A stretch of 64,000 bases of DNA from an uncultured Gammaproteobacteria bacterium (GCA_964349125.1 CAYGFH010000003.1:17501-81500); one strand, 5' to 3'; shown: positions 27,883 to 38,449, numbered from the stretch's first letter. The notes: generated from the sequence alone by a model not told the origin. Numbers and translations: made by a program.

Positions 27883-28624
27883 ATGGATCTTCGCGTTGGA
27901 TAGTTTCAACAGGTATTACGCTTTCTTCGTTGGCTACAGGAATGCTGTCCTTTCCAAGCACGGGCATATTCACTACCCGCTCGATTACCGCTTGATCACT
28001 TTCAGTTAACGATTCCACTACTTGAGAAGCTGATCCTAGGTTTGTCGGCAGTGGCGCATAGTAGGCATCCATGCCCATATGTACGGAGAAAGTTTCTTTT
28101 TGATCAAAACTGATGGAAAAATGTCTTATTCTGAAAAACCGACGTACTAATACCGACCGCTCAATAAACGTACGAATTTGATCGTATGTGCCAGTCACAG
28201 TCAGTGTAAATGGCAGGAAGCTACTACCTACCTTACGTTCATCATTTGTGAGTCTCTTGGCAGACTCAGTTGCTATAGAACCCGGTTTTGTCAGCATGAA
28301 GTTCGAGAGTGTCACACCGGTTTCTTGACTAAGCCCGTCAATTGTTGCAAACACTGACGTGAGCGACTTGTCAGTCGGAACAGCAAATGATAATTCTGTT
28401 AAATATGACTTGTATGTTTCTTCATCTATGCTCTCAAGAATGGATACTTTTTGTCGAAGAACAGTAATTTGGTTCGTTAAATCAATCACATTTTTACGCA
28501 TAGAAATAATCGATGTAAACGCGGGCAATATGCCGGCAAAAACACCAATTACGATAATTACAATGATGATAAAAGATACCCCAAATCCCTGATATCGTTT
28601 TATTAACCGTTTATATGAGTTCAT
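27872..28624 (-). CDS. pilO: Type IV pilus assembly protein PilO-like
   Basis: It has an N-terminal TM helix, a coiled-coil region and a periplasmic domain. Its position downstream of the pilM-pilN homologs fits the canonical pilMNO order. Confidence 0.55.
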   Translation of the reverse strand: MNSYKRLIKRYQGFGVSFIIIVIIVIGVFAGILPAFTSIISMRKNVIDLTNQITVLRQKVSILESIDEETYKSYLTELSFAVPTDKSLTSVFATIDGLSQETGVTLSNFMLTKPGSIATESAKRLTNDERKVGSSFLPFTLTVTGTYDQIRTFIERSVLVRRFFRIRHFSISFDQKETFSVHMGMDAYYAPLPTNLGSASQVVESLTESDQAVIERVVNMPVLGKDSIPVANEESVIPVETIQREDPFSL

Positions 28625-29178
28625 AATGTCGTAAATACCGCATAAAATGATATGGCTATTTCAAAATCTCCTGTTTTTAAAATTTGAAACGATACCAATT
28701 GGGGGTTTTTGATTTTATTTGTCTCTGTATTTAGTTTCATAGCGTCAACTATTCGTAAAATATCTTCCAAGGAATCACTTCTTATAATAAGAGCAATCTT
28801 GTCCTGCTCGTCAACTGTGATTGAAGATAGAAACGGGGGCGCTACGAACGAGCTAACCAAGTTAAGCATTTGAATCCACGGTTTTTGGTTTCCGAGTGCC
28901 TTTTCTACTGTTTTTGTCCTATCTTTAATTGCTAATAAATATGCTTCTTTATTTTTGAGTGAATTCACCCGTGTAATCAGATCAGCCTTTTCTGCTTCTT
29001 CCCGATTTTGCTGATAAAAGTATAGACCATACACGCTGGCTGTTATAACCGCTACACAAATAAATCCAATCAGCGCGAAAATAGCGGCCTTACGCACGCT
29101 TGCATCAATTGCGTCTATCTCGGGTGATGCATTCGCCTGCGTATGAATTAAATTGATAGTATGTTGATTTGCAGCCAT
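28621..29178 (-). CDS. pilN: Type IV pilus assembly protein PilN-like
   Basis: A single TM helix (AAIFALIGFICVAVITASVYGLYF) is followed by a coiled coil. There is a 4 nt overlap with pilO. Confidence 0.55.
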   Translation of the reverse strand: MAANQHTINLIHTQANASPEIDAIDASVRKAAIFALIGFICVAVITASVYGLYFYQQNREEAEKADLITRVNSLKNKEAYLLAIKDRTKTVEKALGNQKPWIQMLNLVSSFVAPPFLSSITVDEQDKIALIIRSDSLEDILRIVDAMKLNTETNKIKNPQLVSFQILKTGDFEIAISFYAVFTTL

Positions 29179-29198
29179 ACCGATTTACAGTCTCAGTG

Positions 29199-30218
29199 TC
29201 AGCGCAGCGCAAGGCCGACGGCGATGCTGAAGTTTGCCCCTTCTGTATTCAAGACATTAAATCTCGCATCCTTAGCAATACCTACCCATGGGTTCGCGAG
29301 TTGCACCTCACAATTGAGGGCTTGTGCCATGTATATAACCATTCCGGGAAGTCTTGCGGTACCGCCACTTAATATAACGGTATCGACATGTTCTTCTTTG
29401 TATTTCTCAGAGTAAAAAGCCATTGCGCGCTTTATTTCCTGAATAATTGTATCCATGATTGGTTTGGCTGCAGCAATAATTTTTCCTTCAAGTTTATCCT
29501 GTTGTAATCCATACGCTCGCTTATATTCCTCCGCTTGCGTCAGATTGAAATCCAAATTCTGAGCAATAGCGCGAGTGAGTGCTTCACCTCCCGTGCTAAC
29601 AGACCTCGTGAACATCAATATACCGGAGCGCAGGATCGCTATATCTGTTGAGAGCGCACCAAGTGATACAATCATAACCGTGCGAACGTTCGGAAGCGAT
29701 CTACCGACAGCGCGTGAAGTTGCGATAATTTCAGTTTCGGCCGATACAGCATTTAGCTCTGCCAGCTCCATAATGCTGACGTATTTATCTACTAGCGCCT
29801 TTGGTGCTGCCACCAACAGCACTTCCATTTTATTTGTTTGGGTATTCTTACCATCCTGTAACACAGTAAAATCGACATTTACCTGATCCAAGGGCAATGG
29901 AATATACTGCTCCGCTTCCCATTTGATAGCGGAAGTAAGCTCACGCGGCGAAAGTTGTGGCACTTCGATGACGCGTGTAAATACTTTCGACTCGGGTAAA
30001 GCTAAATTTACTGTGCGGGTTTTTGTGCCGGTGCTTTGGATAAGTTGCTTTATAGCAACAGCCAGTGACTCTGTATCTGCCTGCAAAGATGAGGTGAGAG
30101 CTTTTTGCGGAGTGGGCATACTTCCCGCCGCCACAAGTGCAACCTGATCTCCTTCACGGGCGAGCTCAATCAGTTTTATTGAATGTGATCCGATGTCCAA
30201 TCCGGCAATAGTATTCAT
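29199..30218 (-). CDS. pilM: Type IV pilus assembly ATPase-fold protein PilM
   Basis: It has an actin-like fold. The N-terminus is MNTIAGLDIGSHSIKLIEL and the second domain carries VDIGALSTDIAI. Confidence 0.8.
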   Translation of the reverse strand: MNTIAGLDIGSHSIKLIELAREGDQVALVAAGSMPTPQKALTSSLQADTESLAVAIKQLIQSTGTKTRTVNLALPESKVFTRVIEVPQLSPRELTSAIKWEAEQYIPLPLDQVNVDFTVLQDGKNTQTNKMEVLLVAAPKALVDKYVSIMELAELNAVSAETEIIATSRAVGRSLPNVRTVMIVSLGALSTDIAILRSGILMFTRSVSTGGEALTRAIAQNLDFNLTQAEEYKRAYGLQQDKLEGKIIAAAKPIMDTIIQEIKRAMAFYSEKYKEEHVDTVILSGGTARLPGMVIYMAQALNCEVQLANPWVGIAKDARFNVLNTEGANFSIAVGLALR

Positions 30219-30233
30219 AGGGCAGTTTCGACA

Positions 30234-31094
30234 CTATTTTCGCAGTACTCCTTCACTATACAACGCAGCGTCAAATATTGTCGATGGGGAACGATACTGC
30301 TGGTAGACGATGATCTTCCTGTTCGTGCCACCCACTGTGGTACCTGTGGATTCTATAATGTATCCCTGAGCAGGTAGAATCGTTGCTCCAGCATCAACAA
30401 CGAGCTTGGAGTCGTAGTATACCGGTCGCAGACGCAACGCTATGAGAGTATCGACTGCAGGGTTAATCACTTCGGTAGGATTCATTGTTGCGAACGTCAC
30501 TGTTGCTCTATAGTCAGTTCCAGTAGTTCCTCCGCAGCCACCCACTGTGTAGGTTCCTGCGAAGTTATTTGCTGTTGTCCTGGAAACAGTATCCGGATCA
30601 AAAGTGGCTTTCGCCGTTTTATATATCCCTGCTTTCTTATATAAAAGCGTGGCCACAATTGCCGGAATTTCGGTCTCTGATTTTTTTGACCAGCAAAAAC
30701 TTATGGATCCTGATGTATATGTCGGCGTTTCCAGGAGATTACCATTTGATTGGTCATGGTCAACTAACCAAATTGTTTCGGTATTACCTTGTAGAGTTTT
30801 TTTGGGAAGCTCATACAGCCCTAGTGCACCACTCATGGTGGAAACATTAACGTTATATGATACACCAGCTGAAAGTGTAATCGTTCCATTGGTGCTAGAA
30901 GCGGAGAGAAGCGCTTGTTCGATACCTGCTTCAGCAGCACTAAACGCGCGTGCTGATTCTTCTACATCTCTTGTTATCGACGCATCATTTGTAGTACGCG
31001 ATATTAGGGATAACGCAACGGTAGTTGCTATAGCCAGTACTAAGAGTGTAATAAGCACAATTTGGCCAGAATTTTGTTCTTCCATATATTTCAT
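30234..31094 (-). CDS. Secreted/TM pilus-associated protein (PilX_N-like N-terminus), function unknown
   Basis: The N-terminus is MKYMEEQNSGQIVLITLLVLAIATTVALS and lacks a GFTLxE prepilin motif. The start is placed at the ATG at 31094. The track start at 31151 is a GTG inside the upstream gene end. Confidence 0.35.
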   Translation of the reverse strand: MKYMEEQNSGQIVLITLLVLAIATTVALSLISRTTNDASITRDVEESARAFSAAEAGIEQALLSASSTNGTITLSAGVSYNVNVSTMSGALGLYELPKKTLQGNTETIWLVDHDQSNGNLLETPTYTSGSISFCWSKKSETEIPAIVATLLYKKAGIYKTAKATFDPDTVSRTTANNFAGTYTVGGCGGTTGTDYRATVTFATMNPTEVINPAVDTLIALRLRPVYYDSKLVVDAGATILPAQGYIIESTGTTVGGTNRKIIVYQQYRSPSTIFDAALYSEGVLRK

Positions 31095-31137
31095 ATGTAT
31101 AAAATTATTGTAATAAGGTTCATCCGAATAATCAACC

Positions 31138-31698
31138 TTAATTGCGAACACTCACTGTCGTTTCGAATGTCTGGCTGGCGGTACCAAATGAATCATTCGG
31201 AGACCCAATTTGACGCAGTGTATACGTAACCTTTACACGCGATGGTTGATCAGGTGATGATGTGCAAGTAAATACCAACGAAGCACCAGAACACGATGCA
31301 CTTCCCAATGATACATTTTTACTTGTTAAATAATCAGATTGACCGGAGTAGGCACTGGTTGATGCTATACGCGTAGCTCCTGTGGATGCATCGAGGGAAC
31401 AGCCAAAGGTGGTCATCTGTCCGTCCGGATTGGTAATTTGGATGGATGATGCCTGTGAGCCATTGGTTGTGCATGCAGAATTGATTTCATGGGAGGCACG
31501 GATCATACGTGACATCGTGTCCATGGCGAATTGCCCATTTTGTTTCATATCTTTAAGCAACTCGGTTTTCGTGTTTACTCGGGTTGTAGTAAAAAAGACC
31601 TGAGAAATAAGAATACCAATGACAGCCATGATTGCTGTAGTGATCATAATTTCCAAGAGTGTGAATCCGTATTTCTGCCGTTTTAGAGTTTTTTGCAT
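31138..31698 (-). CDS. Prepilin-type minor pilin / pseudopilin
   Basis: KYGFTLLEIMITTAIMAVIGIL is a class III signal peptide with the G-FTLLE cleavage/methylation motif. Confidence 0.65.
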   Translation of the reverse strand: MQKTLKRQKYGFTLLEIMITTAIMAVIGILISQVFFTTTRVNTKTELLKDMKQNGQFAMDTMSRMIRASHEINSACTTNGSQASSIQITNPDGQMTTFGCSLDASTGATRIASTSAYSGQSDYLTSKNVSLGSASCSGASLVFTCTSSPDQPSRVKVTYTLRQIGSPNDSFGTASQTFETTVSVRN

Positions 31699-31705
31699 AT
31701 GTGCG

Positions 31706-32179
31706 TTATTTCCACTGTGTTAACTGTGTCGTCAGTGTGACAGATTGAACTTTGGCATTTTCAATAAATGAAACAGTCGAGACAACAGTTCTACTGCTGC
31801 CCGTTCCAGAAAATGTAAGCAGCCGTGTATACACAGTATCCGCAGTTGTTTTTTTGGAATCACAGGAAGAGGTGGTTGTGGCCACCAAGGGAGTTTGGGC
31901 GCTCGCGTCATAGCAATAGTCACCTGAGTAGGTGCTGAGTGTTGCCCAACTTTGATCACGAAGGGATCTGGCGTACTCAATCCCTTCTTCTGCGAGTTTC
32001 ACTGCCTGATCACGAGACCTTCCGCTTTGGGATGTCTTTAACGATGCGGTAGTTCCCGCTATGAGTCCCGTAACAAGCAATACCACCACACTGATGGATA
32101 TAATGGCTTCAACGAGTGTTTGACCAGATTGTGTAACACGATGTGTGCTCATATTATTGTATGCCTGAATCAGATACAT
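31706..32179 (-). CDS. Minor pilin-like protein with an atypical prepilin motif (G-QTLVE)
   Basis: TQSGQTLVEAIISISVVVLLVTGLIAG carries the conserved Glu+5 but has Gln in place of Phe/Tyr at +1. An alternative start at 32152 (MSTHRV...) would abut the upstream gene. Confidence 0.45.
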   Translation of the reverse strand: MYLIQAYNNMSTHRVTQSGQTLVEAIISISVVVLLVTGLIAGTTASLKTSQSGRSRDQAVKLAEEGIEYARSLRDQSWATLSTYSGDYCYDASAQTPLVATTTSSCDSKKTTADTVYTRLLTFSGTGSSRTVVSTVSFIENAKVQSVTLTTQLTQWK

Positions 32180-32621
32180 CCCCGTTTTTTCCTAGCTGCA
32201 CAATATACTGTTTCCCATTTCCTGTCAGAGTCAATGTAGCGGTACTGCCGAGGTTTGTACCCCTTGAGAGCACATAAAAGGTAACAGGATTAGGAGAGGG
32301 GAGAGCACTGAGTGTGATGCCTGAGGGATACGTCACGGTCGTCACATCGCCGGTTGCCACACCGTTGCAATTGGCACCATACGTATATCCAGTGGATGTA
32401 AATGTCATATTCCATCCAGTCAGCGTGCTGCATACTCCAAACGGCTTCACTCCTGTGGACGCTTTCGTTTGAACAAAGCGAATATCGTTTTTGAGTGTGA
32501 GAGCTGCCTGCTTTAATATTTGAGTGGTGTTGTAGGAATTGTAGTTCACTATAACCATTCCTGTGACCACCAACCCAACGCTGACTGCCACCATGAGTTC
32601 AATGAGCGTAAACCCTTTCAT
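32154..32621 (-). CDS. Prepilin-type minor pilin
   Basis: MKGFTLIELMVAVSVGLVVTGMVIV. The start is taken at the internal ATG, giving ATGA coupling with the upstream pilin stop. Confidence 0.65.
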   Translation of the reverse strand: MKGFTLIELMVAVSVGLVVTGMVIVNYNSYNTTQILKQAALTLKNDIRFVQTKASTGVKPFGVCSTLTGWNMTFTSTGYTYGANCNGVATGDVTTVTYPSGITLSALPSPNPVTFYVLSRGTNLGSTATLTLTGNGKQYIVQLGKNGDVSDSGIQ

Positions 32622-33073
32622 GGATTTTTTAAACCATAATTGCATGAGCTGTGAATGGAGGTGCAAGTACTTTGGGTGGTTCCTGCTGGAAGCGTTTCAA
32701 GATGCGCGCAGATGCAGTACGAGGTGTACTGACCACTTGTTGCTGTCGTCTGATAGTAATACGCGTTATCCTCATTTGGATCGGCCGGTATCGACGGCAT
32801 ATACGAACCTGTCACCAACGCGGCACTCAGACCGGCAGCATCAGCAAACGCGCCTGCGCCAACCACACGCGGATATTCACCTGGGTAGGTGGAATTATCT
32901 GAGCGGTACATTTCAAGAGCACTGCGAATTTGCTCCAAATCGCCCTTTCGTTTTACATCACGCGAGCGTTTATTTACCGACGAAAACGACACCAGACCAA
33001 TGGTCGTTAACACCGCTATGATCGTCGCGGATACCAACACTTCAAGCAGGGTAAATCCTTGTCGTTTGTTCAT
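32618..33073 (-). CDS. Type IV pilin (PilA/PulG-like)
   Basis: MNKRQGFTLLEVLVSATIIAVLTTIGLVSF, and KGDLEQIRSALEMYRSDNSTYP is typical of pilin alpha1-helices. The C-terminal Cys pair is a D-region disulfide. Confidence 0.7.
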   Translation of the reverse strand: MNKRQGFTLLEVLVSATIIAVLTTIGLVSFSSVNKRSRDVKRKGDLEQIRSALEMYRSDNSTYPGEYPRVVGAGAFADAAGLSAALVTGSYMPSIPADPNEDNAYYYQTTATSGQYTSYCICAHLETLPAGTTQSTCTSIHSSCNYGLKNP

Positions 33074-33076
33074 ACG

Positions 33077-33514
33077 TTATTGCAGCTGACTTACGCAATA
33101 GTGTGTTTTTGATGCAGCTCCATAATTACAACTTGAATTCGAGTTATCAGCCGCCGCAGATTCCATATCAGCGCAGAAACAATACTCTGTTGCAGAGCAT
33201 GTTGGGTTGGTATACGGATCTCCCTGTGGATCGGTTGGTATCCCCGCGGGAAGATATACCGAACTTATACTGGAGCAACTAGTAGGATAAGAAGCAGTTG
33301 CGCTATCCGCATAATACTGCTCAAAAGCGTTTTGTATAGCCTTTAGATCACCTCTCCGTCTGGCATCTCTGGATTTGGATTGCGCTGTTGAGTACGATGC
33401 GAGGCCTATTGACACTAAAATACCTATAATGGCGATAACGATCAGCACCTCTAGCAGTGTGAATCCTTTTTTAGCGGCGGATAACGGCGTGTGCTTTAAA
33501 AATAGATATTCCAT
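33077..33514 (-). CDS. Type IV pilin (PilA-like)
   Basis: AKKGFTLLEVLIVIAIIGILVSIGLASYS...RGDLKAIQNAFEQYY, with a C-terminal Cys pair. Confidence 0.7.
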   Translation of the reverse strand: MEYLFLKHTPLSAAKKGFTLLEVLIVIAIIGILVSIGLASYSTAQSKSRDARRRGDLKAIQNAFEQYYADSATASYPTSCSSISSVYLPAGIPTDPQGDPYTNPTCSATEYCFCADMESAAADNSNSSCNYGAASKTHYCVSQLQ

Positions 33515-34254
33515 ACTTGTATCAACTGACGATCAAAAACAACTGCTACCAATAAGCCAAGCAATAAAAAAGGCCCAAACGCAATTTTACTTTTGAGCGT
33601 TTTATTCTTCGTTAGAATTAGTATGACACCGACCAAAGCGCCCGTCAAGAACGCTGTGTAGAGAGCAAACAATATCCCTGGATATCCAAGTAATAGGCCG
33701 AGCATTGCTGACAATTTTACATCACCAAATCCCATGCCTTTTCCCTTCGTGCCATACCAAAGTGCATAAAAAAATGATACTGCACCGATCGCTGATGCGC
33801 CGTGGAGCACTATACTAGAAGCATCCTGTTTGGTCATTAGAACATAGATAATTGACGCAATACTTCCTATACCAACCATCTCATCCGGAATAATCTGATA
33901 TTTATAATCTGCGACAAGCATAACAATTGATGCTGAATATATTGCGGCGGCTGCGATATATGCAAGCCCAAATGGAATCGTGGTATACAACAGAACATAT
34001 CCAAAGGCAGTCACAAGTTCTATCAGGGGATACTGAAGAGAAAGGGAACGATGGCATCTTCGGCATTTTCCAAACTGAATGAGAAACGATACCACGGGTA
34101 TAAGTTCGTACCATCGGAGTGTTTTTTTGCAATAATCGCAGTGTGACCGTCCCCATAACACGCTTTCACCACTCTCCAGGCGATCAATAAGTACATTCGA
34201 GAACGATCCGAACAAGAGTCCAAAACAAAATTGAACAATCCACATACAACCCAT
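33496..34254 (-). CDS. pilD: Prepilin peptidase (A24 family)
   Basis: An N-terminal CxxC...CxxC zinc-binding region (CDYCKKTLRWYELIPVVSF...CRRC) is followed by polytopic membrane helices. The catalytic Asp is in the GFGDVKL motif. Confidence 0.8.
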   Translation of the reverse strand: MGCMWIVQFCFGLLFGSFSNVLIDRLESGESVLWGRSHCDYCKKTLRWYELIPVVSFLIQFGKCRRCHRSLSLQYPLIELVTAFGYVLLYTTIPFGLAYIAAAAIYSASIVMLVADYKYQIIPDEMVGIGSIASIIYVLMTKQDASSIVLHGASAIGAVSFFYALWYGTKGKGMGFGDVKLSAMLGLLLGYPGILFALYTAFLTGALVGVILILTKNKTLKSKIAFGPFLLLGLLVAVVFDRQLIQVWNIYF

Positions 34255-34301
34255 ACTACACTACTTGTCTTCACCTAGCAAAGCAATTACACTTAGTCAT
34301 C

Positions 34302-36476
34302 ATGCGGCGGAATATCCTGTACGATTTACTTGCGTTGCTCTGCATCACGATACCACTTATTTTATTTTTTCTTCGTTTCGTATATCCTGTCCCTCAACTG
34401 ATTATCACTCCAGATTTTGGACAGAGCGATGCTATTACTGGGTTTACTACAAAATTCATCTATAGCCAGGCGCTTTCAAATGGCACAATCCCATTTTGGA
34501 GTTCGCATATTGGAGGGGGCTACCCACTCTATGCCAACGGTGGAGTGGGGGTGTGGTATATACCGAATATATTGCTCTTTTATTTTTTGCCAGCTGAGCT
34601 GGGATACTTGGCATCTCTCTTTATATCCATGTTGCTTTTGGGATGGGGAATGTACGCGTGGCTGCGCGCTTTATCCCTAGATCGAATGGCATCACTGTTT
34701 GCAGGTGTCACAATAGCACTGTCAGGATATGTGATTGTCCAGTTTACCCATCTGACAATAGTGCAAAGTGTATCCCTTTATCCTTGGATCTTGTATGCAA
34801 GTCAATGCATAGTGAAAAGAGCCGAAAAAAAATACATACTTTTGCTTGCTGTTGTGTACGCACAGTTGTTATTTATCGGATTCGCACAAAGTATTTTTAT
34901 CACAACGCTCTCAATGATTGGATATGTTGCCTGGTTTTCAACTGCTCTGCATACACGTTTGCGATCGTTTATATCCATAGGCATCGCAACAATTATAGGC
35001 TTGTTACTGTCCGCGGTTCATTTGCTTCCCGCCATGGAATTTTTAGGACAGATCCAATCAAATGGCATTTTTGAACCGGGTGCGGCCACGCTCTTTTCAT
35101 ACCCGCTATCTCATGTAATTACGTTATTGGATCCATATCTTCGCGGAAACCCTGCCAACGGGACATTCCAACACGTGTTTGCATCAAACGGCAGTATATT
35201 TTGGGAAAACACAGCGTACATTGGCATTCTCCCGTTGCTTCTATGTGTGATTGCGCTACTGCGATACCTGACTGGTATCAACACACACGCATCAAAACGG
35301 AGCAATACCGACCTCTACAGTTTTTTTTCCTGTGCACTGGTAGCGGCGTTCTTTCTGATGACTGGAAAACATTCGCCCATTTATTTTATATTCTCATTTT
35401 ATCCTTTTTCACTATTCCGGGTGCCATCAAGATTTATTTGGGTATTTATCGTTTCGCTCGTGGTGATTGCGAGCATATCATTCGGCCGCGAACTCGAGTC
35501 CATCAAAAAGAAACGCACCAAGATACTCGTCGGGTGTTTACTTATCCTCATACAAATACTCAATAGTTTATATTTGTTTTCTGCCTATCATAATACAGAA
35601 CCTGCCCGTGAGTGGCTCCGTGACCCTTCGCTTGTAGCGCATATGAGGGAAGGGTATACATTGACAATAGGTGGGGAGTCTTTGTATAACAGCATTTATC
35701 AAACGCAGGGGTGGGTTCGGATGAACAATCAGGACAGACCCTCATACACACTCCGAAATACATTTACTCCAGATAAAAATTCACTGTGGGGCATATCACA
35801 GATACATGATTATTCCGGAAGAGAGCTGAAACGATCCAAGATTATGAGCGATCTATTAGCACAAGCTATGGCCATTGGTAATTCTTATGCAACCATTAGT
35901 GCAACGGGAGAAAAGTTGTTGTCGCTGTATGGTATCTCGAATGTTATCAGCACTCTTCCCTTAACGCATACGGCACTATCTCAAAAAGCAGCACTTTCTC
36001 ACCCGCGCGCCGAAATCACATTGTTTGATAACCCACATAGCTTGCCAAAGGCATATATTGCCCAAGAGACAATACAAGTGGAGACAATGAGTCAAGCAGT
36101 GGGGGCACTAGTTTCTGATTCATTCATACTTGGGAAAACAGCGTTGATTGACCGAGATATTCATGCATCCCTAGCCGGAGCACTTGCATCACTGACCATT
36201 GAATCGCGCCGAGACGGTCATTTTGAATTATCCCTGACACCTGTTGACCATGAATCTCTCGTTGTCGTGACTGAAAATTACTATCCGGGATGGCGTGCTA
36301 CTGCGGACGGAAAAACTATCGAACTAATACCGGTAAATGTCTCTCAAATCGGTCTTCTTGTTCCAAAGCATACAGCACGCGTAACGCTTGATTTTCTACC
36401 AACATACTTTATACCCGGACTATGGATAAGTGTGGTGACGTTCGTAATTATAGTGATTGCAGCAATACTTCTTTAG
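34302..36476 (+). CDS. Large polytopic membrane protein, YfhO-like. It is a putative GT-C fold glycosyltransferase.
   Basis: At 724 aa it has more than 12 predicted TM helices and large extracytoplasmic loops. The architecture resembles the YfhO / GT-C family. It has no sequence link to a specific substrate. Confidence 0.4.
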   Translation: MRRNILYDLLALLCITIPLILFFLRFVYPVPQLIITPDFGQSDAITGFTTKFIYSQALSNGTIPFWSSHIGGGYPLYANGGVGVWYIPNILLFYFLPAELGYLASLFISMLLLGWGMYAWLRALSLDRMASLFAGVTIALSGYVIVQFTHLTIVQSVSLYPWILYASQCIVKRAEKKYILLLAVVYAQLLFIGFAQSIFITTLSMIGYVAWFSTALHTRLRSFISIGIATIIGLLLSAVHLLPAMEFLGQIQSNGIFEPGAATLFSYPLSHVITLLDPYLRGNPANGTFQHVFASNGSIFWENTAYIGILPLLLCVIALLRYLTGINTHASKRSNTDLYSFFSCALVAAFFLMTGKHSPIYFIFSFYPFSLFRVPSRFIWVFIVSLVVIASISFGRELESIKKKRTKILVGCLLILIQILNSLYLFSAYHNTEPAREWLRDPSLVAHMREGYTLTIGGESLYNSIYQTQGWVRMNNQDRPSYTLRNTFTPDKNSLWGISQIHDYSGRELKRSKIMSDLLAQAMAIGNSYATISATGEKLLSLYGISNVISTLPLTHTALSQKAALSHPRAEITLFDNPHSLPKAYIAQETIQVETMSQAVGALVSDSFILGKTALIDRDIHASLAGALASLTIESRRDGHFELSLTPVDHESLVVVTENYYPGWRATADGKTIELIPVNVSQIGLLVPKHTARVTLDFLPTYFIPGLWISVVTFVIIVIAAILL

Positions 36477-38415
36477 ATGTCACATGGGTTCTATATTCAT
36501 TGAAATATTGTTCCGCTTTTTTCATATCTTTGACACAATCACGGTAGGTGATTGCCAAAAAATATATACCTGTAACTTTCGGCGATAAACTGATTTGCTT
36601 TGCCTGTAATAAATCTGTTACCGCCTGTTCACAATGTCCCACTACGGCTTCACTCACACCTTTATACATATACGCTTCATCCAGTGATGTGTCACCACCA
36701 TAGTGAATTGCTACGGTAAATTGTTCTATGGCAGCAGGGTGACGATGGTTTTTTTGCAACCATTTACCATATTCAATCCTTGCGACCGAATAAATATCAC
36801 GAACGTCAGAAAGGAGCAGATGATTGAAACGGGACAGAATACCAAACGAAGGGTCATGGAGTGACTCCCAAATTTTTCGCTGCACTTCAATATGCTGTTC
36901 GATTTTTGGACGCTGTTGTTCGGTAGATACTTCATACACTAATCCAAACGGAATCCATGTCCACGGAGATCTAATGGGTAGCATTGTATTTGAAAACACA
37001 CGGAATGATTTTGTATTACCCGTGATAAATTCCTCTACTGCGCCAGTTGAAGTGCTTGGCATGTGAATACGTGGAAATTCTTTTTTTAGGCGATCACGGT
37101 TATCTTTTGAATTGAGTTTTGATGCATGTATCACAGCCACATCGGGCCTAATATGAAGTGCATACCGGACATACTGTGTAATAAATAACGGAGTATCTCG
37201 ACTCAACAAAACAATGCTGTTTGGCGGTAACGGCTGCAGAATATCCAATCCTAAATTTTCCGCCGTCTTATCCTCTGAATAGCCGCTAAATTTACTTACT
37301 GTTGAGTAGCCTATAAATACGGGATAAATAAACAGTATAAGGCTCAATCCTGTGATAAATATTCGGGAAACCGAAATACTGGTGATTTTTTTTTCGATGC
37401 GGCGAAGTATGTCTGCATATCCCACGCCTATGCATATACTTAACAGGACGTAGGATGGTAGCATGAATCGTTCGAACGTGCCAAGTGTAAATCGATACAG
37501 TATCGGAAAACTTGCGTAAAAATAGAATACCGGCCCTACGCAGATAAATGCCAATAGAAACACCCTGCCAACCTGTCTGCGAGCGCGAAGAAGAAATACG
37601 AGTCCGATAAAGGCGAGAATACAACCTAACCATAAAAAATCACTAAAGATATACTGGATATATGTTTGCACATTAAGCAAACGCTGTATGGGTAATTGAC
37701 CAATTATATTTGCAGATTGAAATGTCCCATAATCTGCTCTGGTAATCAGTCGAATACCATTCGATACTGAAACTGCAGGATTCCAAATAAGTGGCGACGA
37801 CCCGAGCGGGGGAAATAGGATGTACAAGTAGGGGAGTAATCCCACTATGAATAATCCAAGAATCCAAGCAATACGTGTTCGAATCTCGCGTCGAAAGACA
37901 TAATAGGCATATACGCATGATGGTATAAAAAAGAGGATAACGTGATGGTGGGTGAGTGATAATCCAAATAACAAGCTAAACACATACACATAGACAGATT
38001 TTTTTGTCCTGATCCATTCCAATACACACCTTAACAGGAGCACCATAAACAGATCGAGCAACGCAAATACTTCAGGCGTCACACTGTATAGAAAGAACAC
38101 ATAGTTCCCGGCTAACACTGCTGCTGCATAGTAGGACGCAAGACGTGAACGGGTGAGTCGATACACAATACTGCCAACTTCAAAAAGAACGAACGCATGA
38201 GTTGCCGATGACAGTAGTGCAACTCTCCAAGCGGGCGTAAAAAACGGAACAGACTGCAATAGCCACCCAAAAAAAGTATAAAGAGGATATCCCGGAGGGT
38301 GCGGTACACCAAATGTAGCAGCAGCAGTAACAAGGTCACCACTATCACCTGCACTAATCCCCTGTGCCTGAAAGTAGGCAAAGAGTATGAAACTGGCTAT
38401 TGAGAACAAAACCAT
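36448..38415 (-). CDS. DUF2723 / TMEM260-like membrane glycosyltransferase (GT-C) with a C-terminal TPR-like domain
   Basis: The N-terminal loop motif is GDSGDLVTAAATFGVPHPPGYPLYTFFGWL. DSGD...HPPGYPLY is the hallmark of DUF2723 / TMEM260 O-mannosyltransferase-like proteins. About 10 TM helices are followed by a soluble C-terminal helical-repeat domain. Confidence 0.55.
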   Translation of the reverse strand: MVLFSIASFILFAYFQAQGISAGDSGDLVTAAATFGVPHPPGYPLYTFFGWLLQSVPFFTPAWRVALLSSATHAFVLFEVGSIVYRLTRSRLASYYAAAVLAGNYVFFLYSVTPEVFALLDLFMVLLLRCVLEWIRTKKSVYVYVFSLLFGLSLTHHHVILFFIPSCVYAYYVFRREIRTRIAWILGLFIVGLLPYLYILFPPLGSSPLIWNPAVSVSNGIRLITRADYGTFQSANIIGQLPIQRLLNVQTYIQYIFSDFLWLGCILAFIGLVFLLRARRQVGRVFLLAFICVGPVFYFYASFPILYRFTLGTFERFMLPSYVLLSICIGVGYADILRRIEKKITSISVSRIFITGLSLILFIYPVFIGYSTVSKFSGYSEDKTAENLGLDILQPLPPNSIVLLSRDTPLFITQYVRYALHIRPDVAVIHASKLNSKDNRDRLKKEFPRIHMPSTSTGAVEEFITGNTKSFRVFSNTMLPIRSPWTWIPFGLVYEVSTEQQRPKIEQHIEVQRKIWESLHDPSFGILSRFNHLLLSDVRDIYSVARIEYGKWLQKNHRHPAAIEQFTVAIHYGGDTSLDEAYMYKGVSEAVVGHCEQAVTDLLQAKQISLSPKVTGIYFLAITYRDCVKDMKKAEQYFNEYRTHVTSKEVLLQSL

Positions 38416-38449
38416 CTACGCCTTTCGGGTTAGCAGGATAGAGTACACG

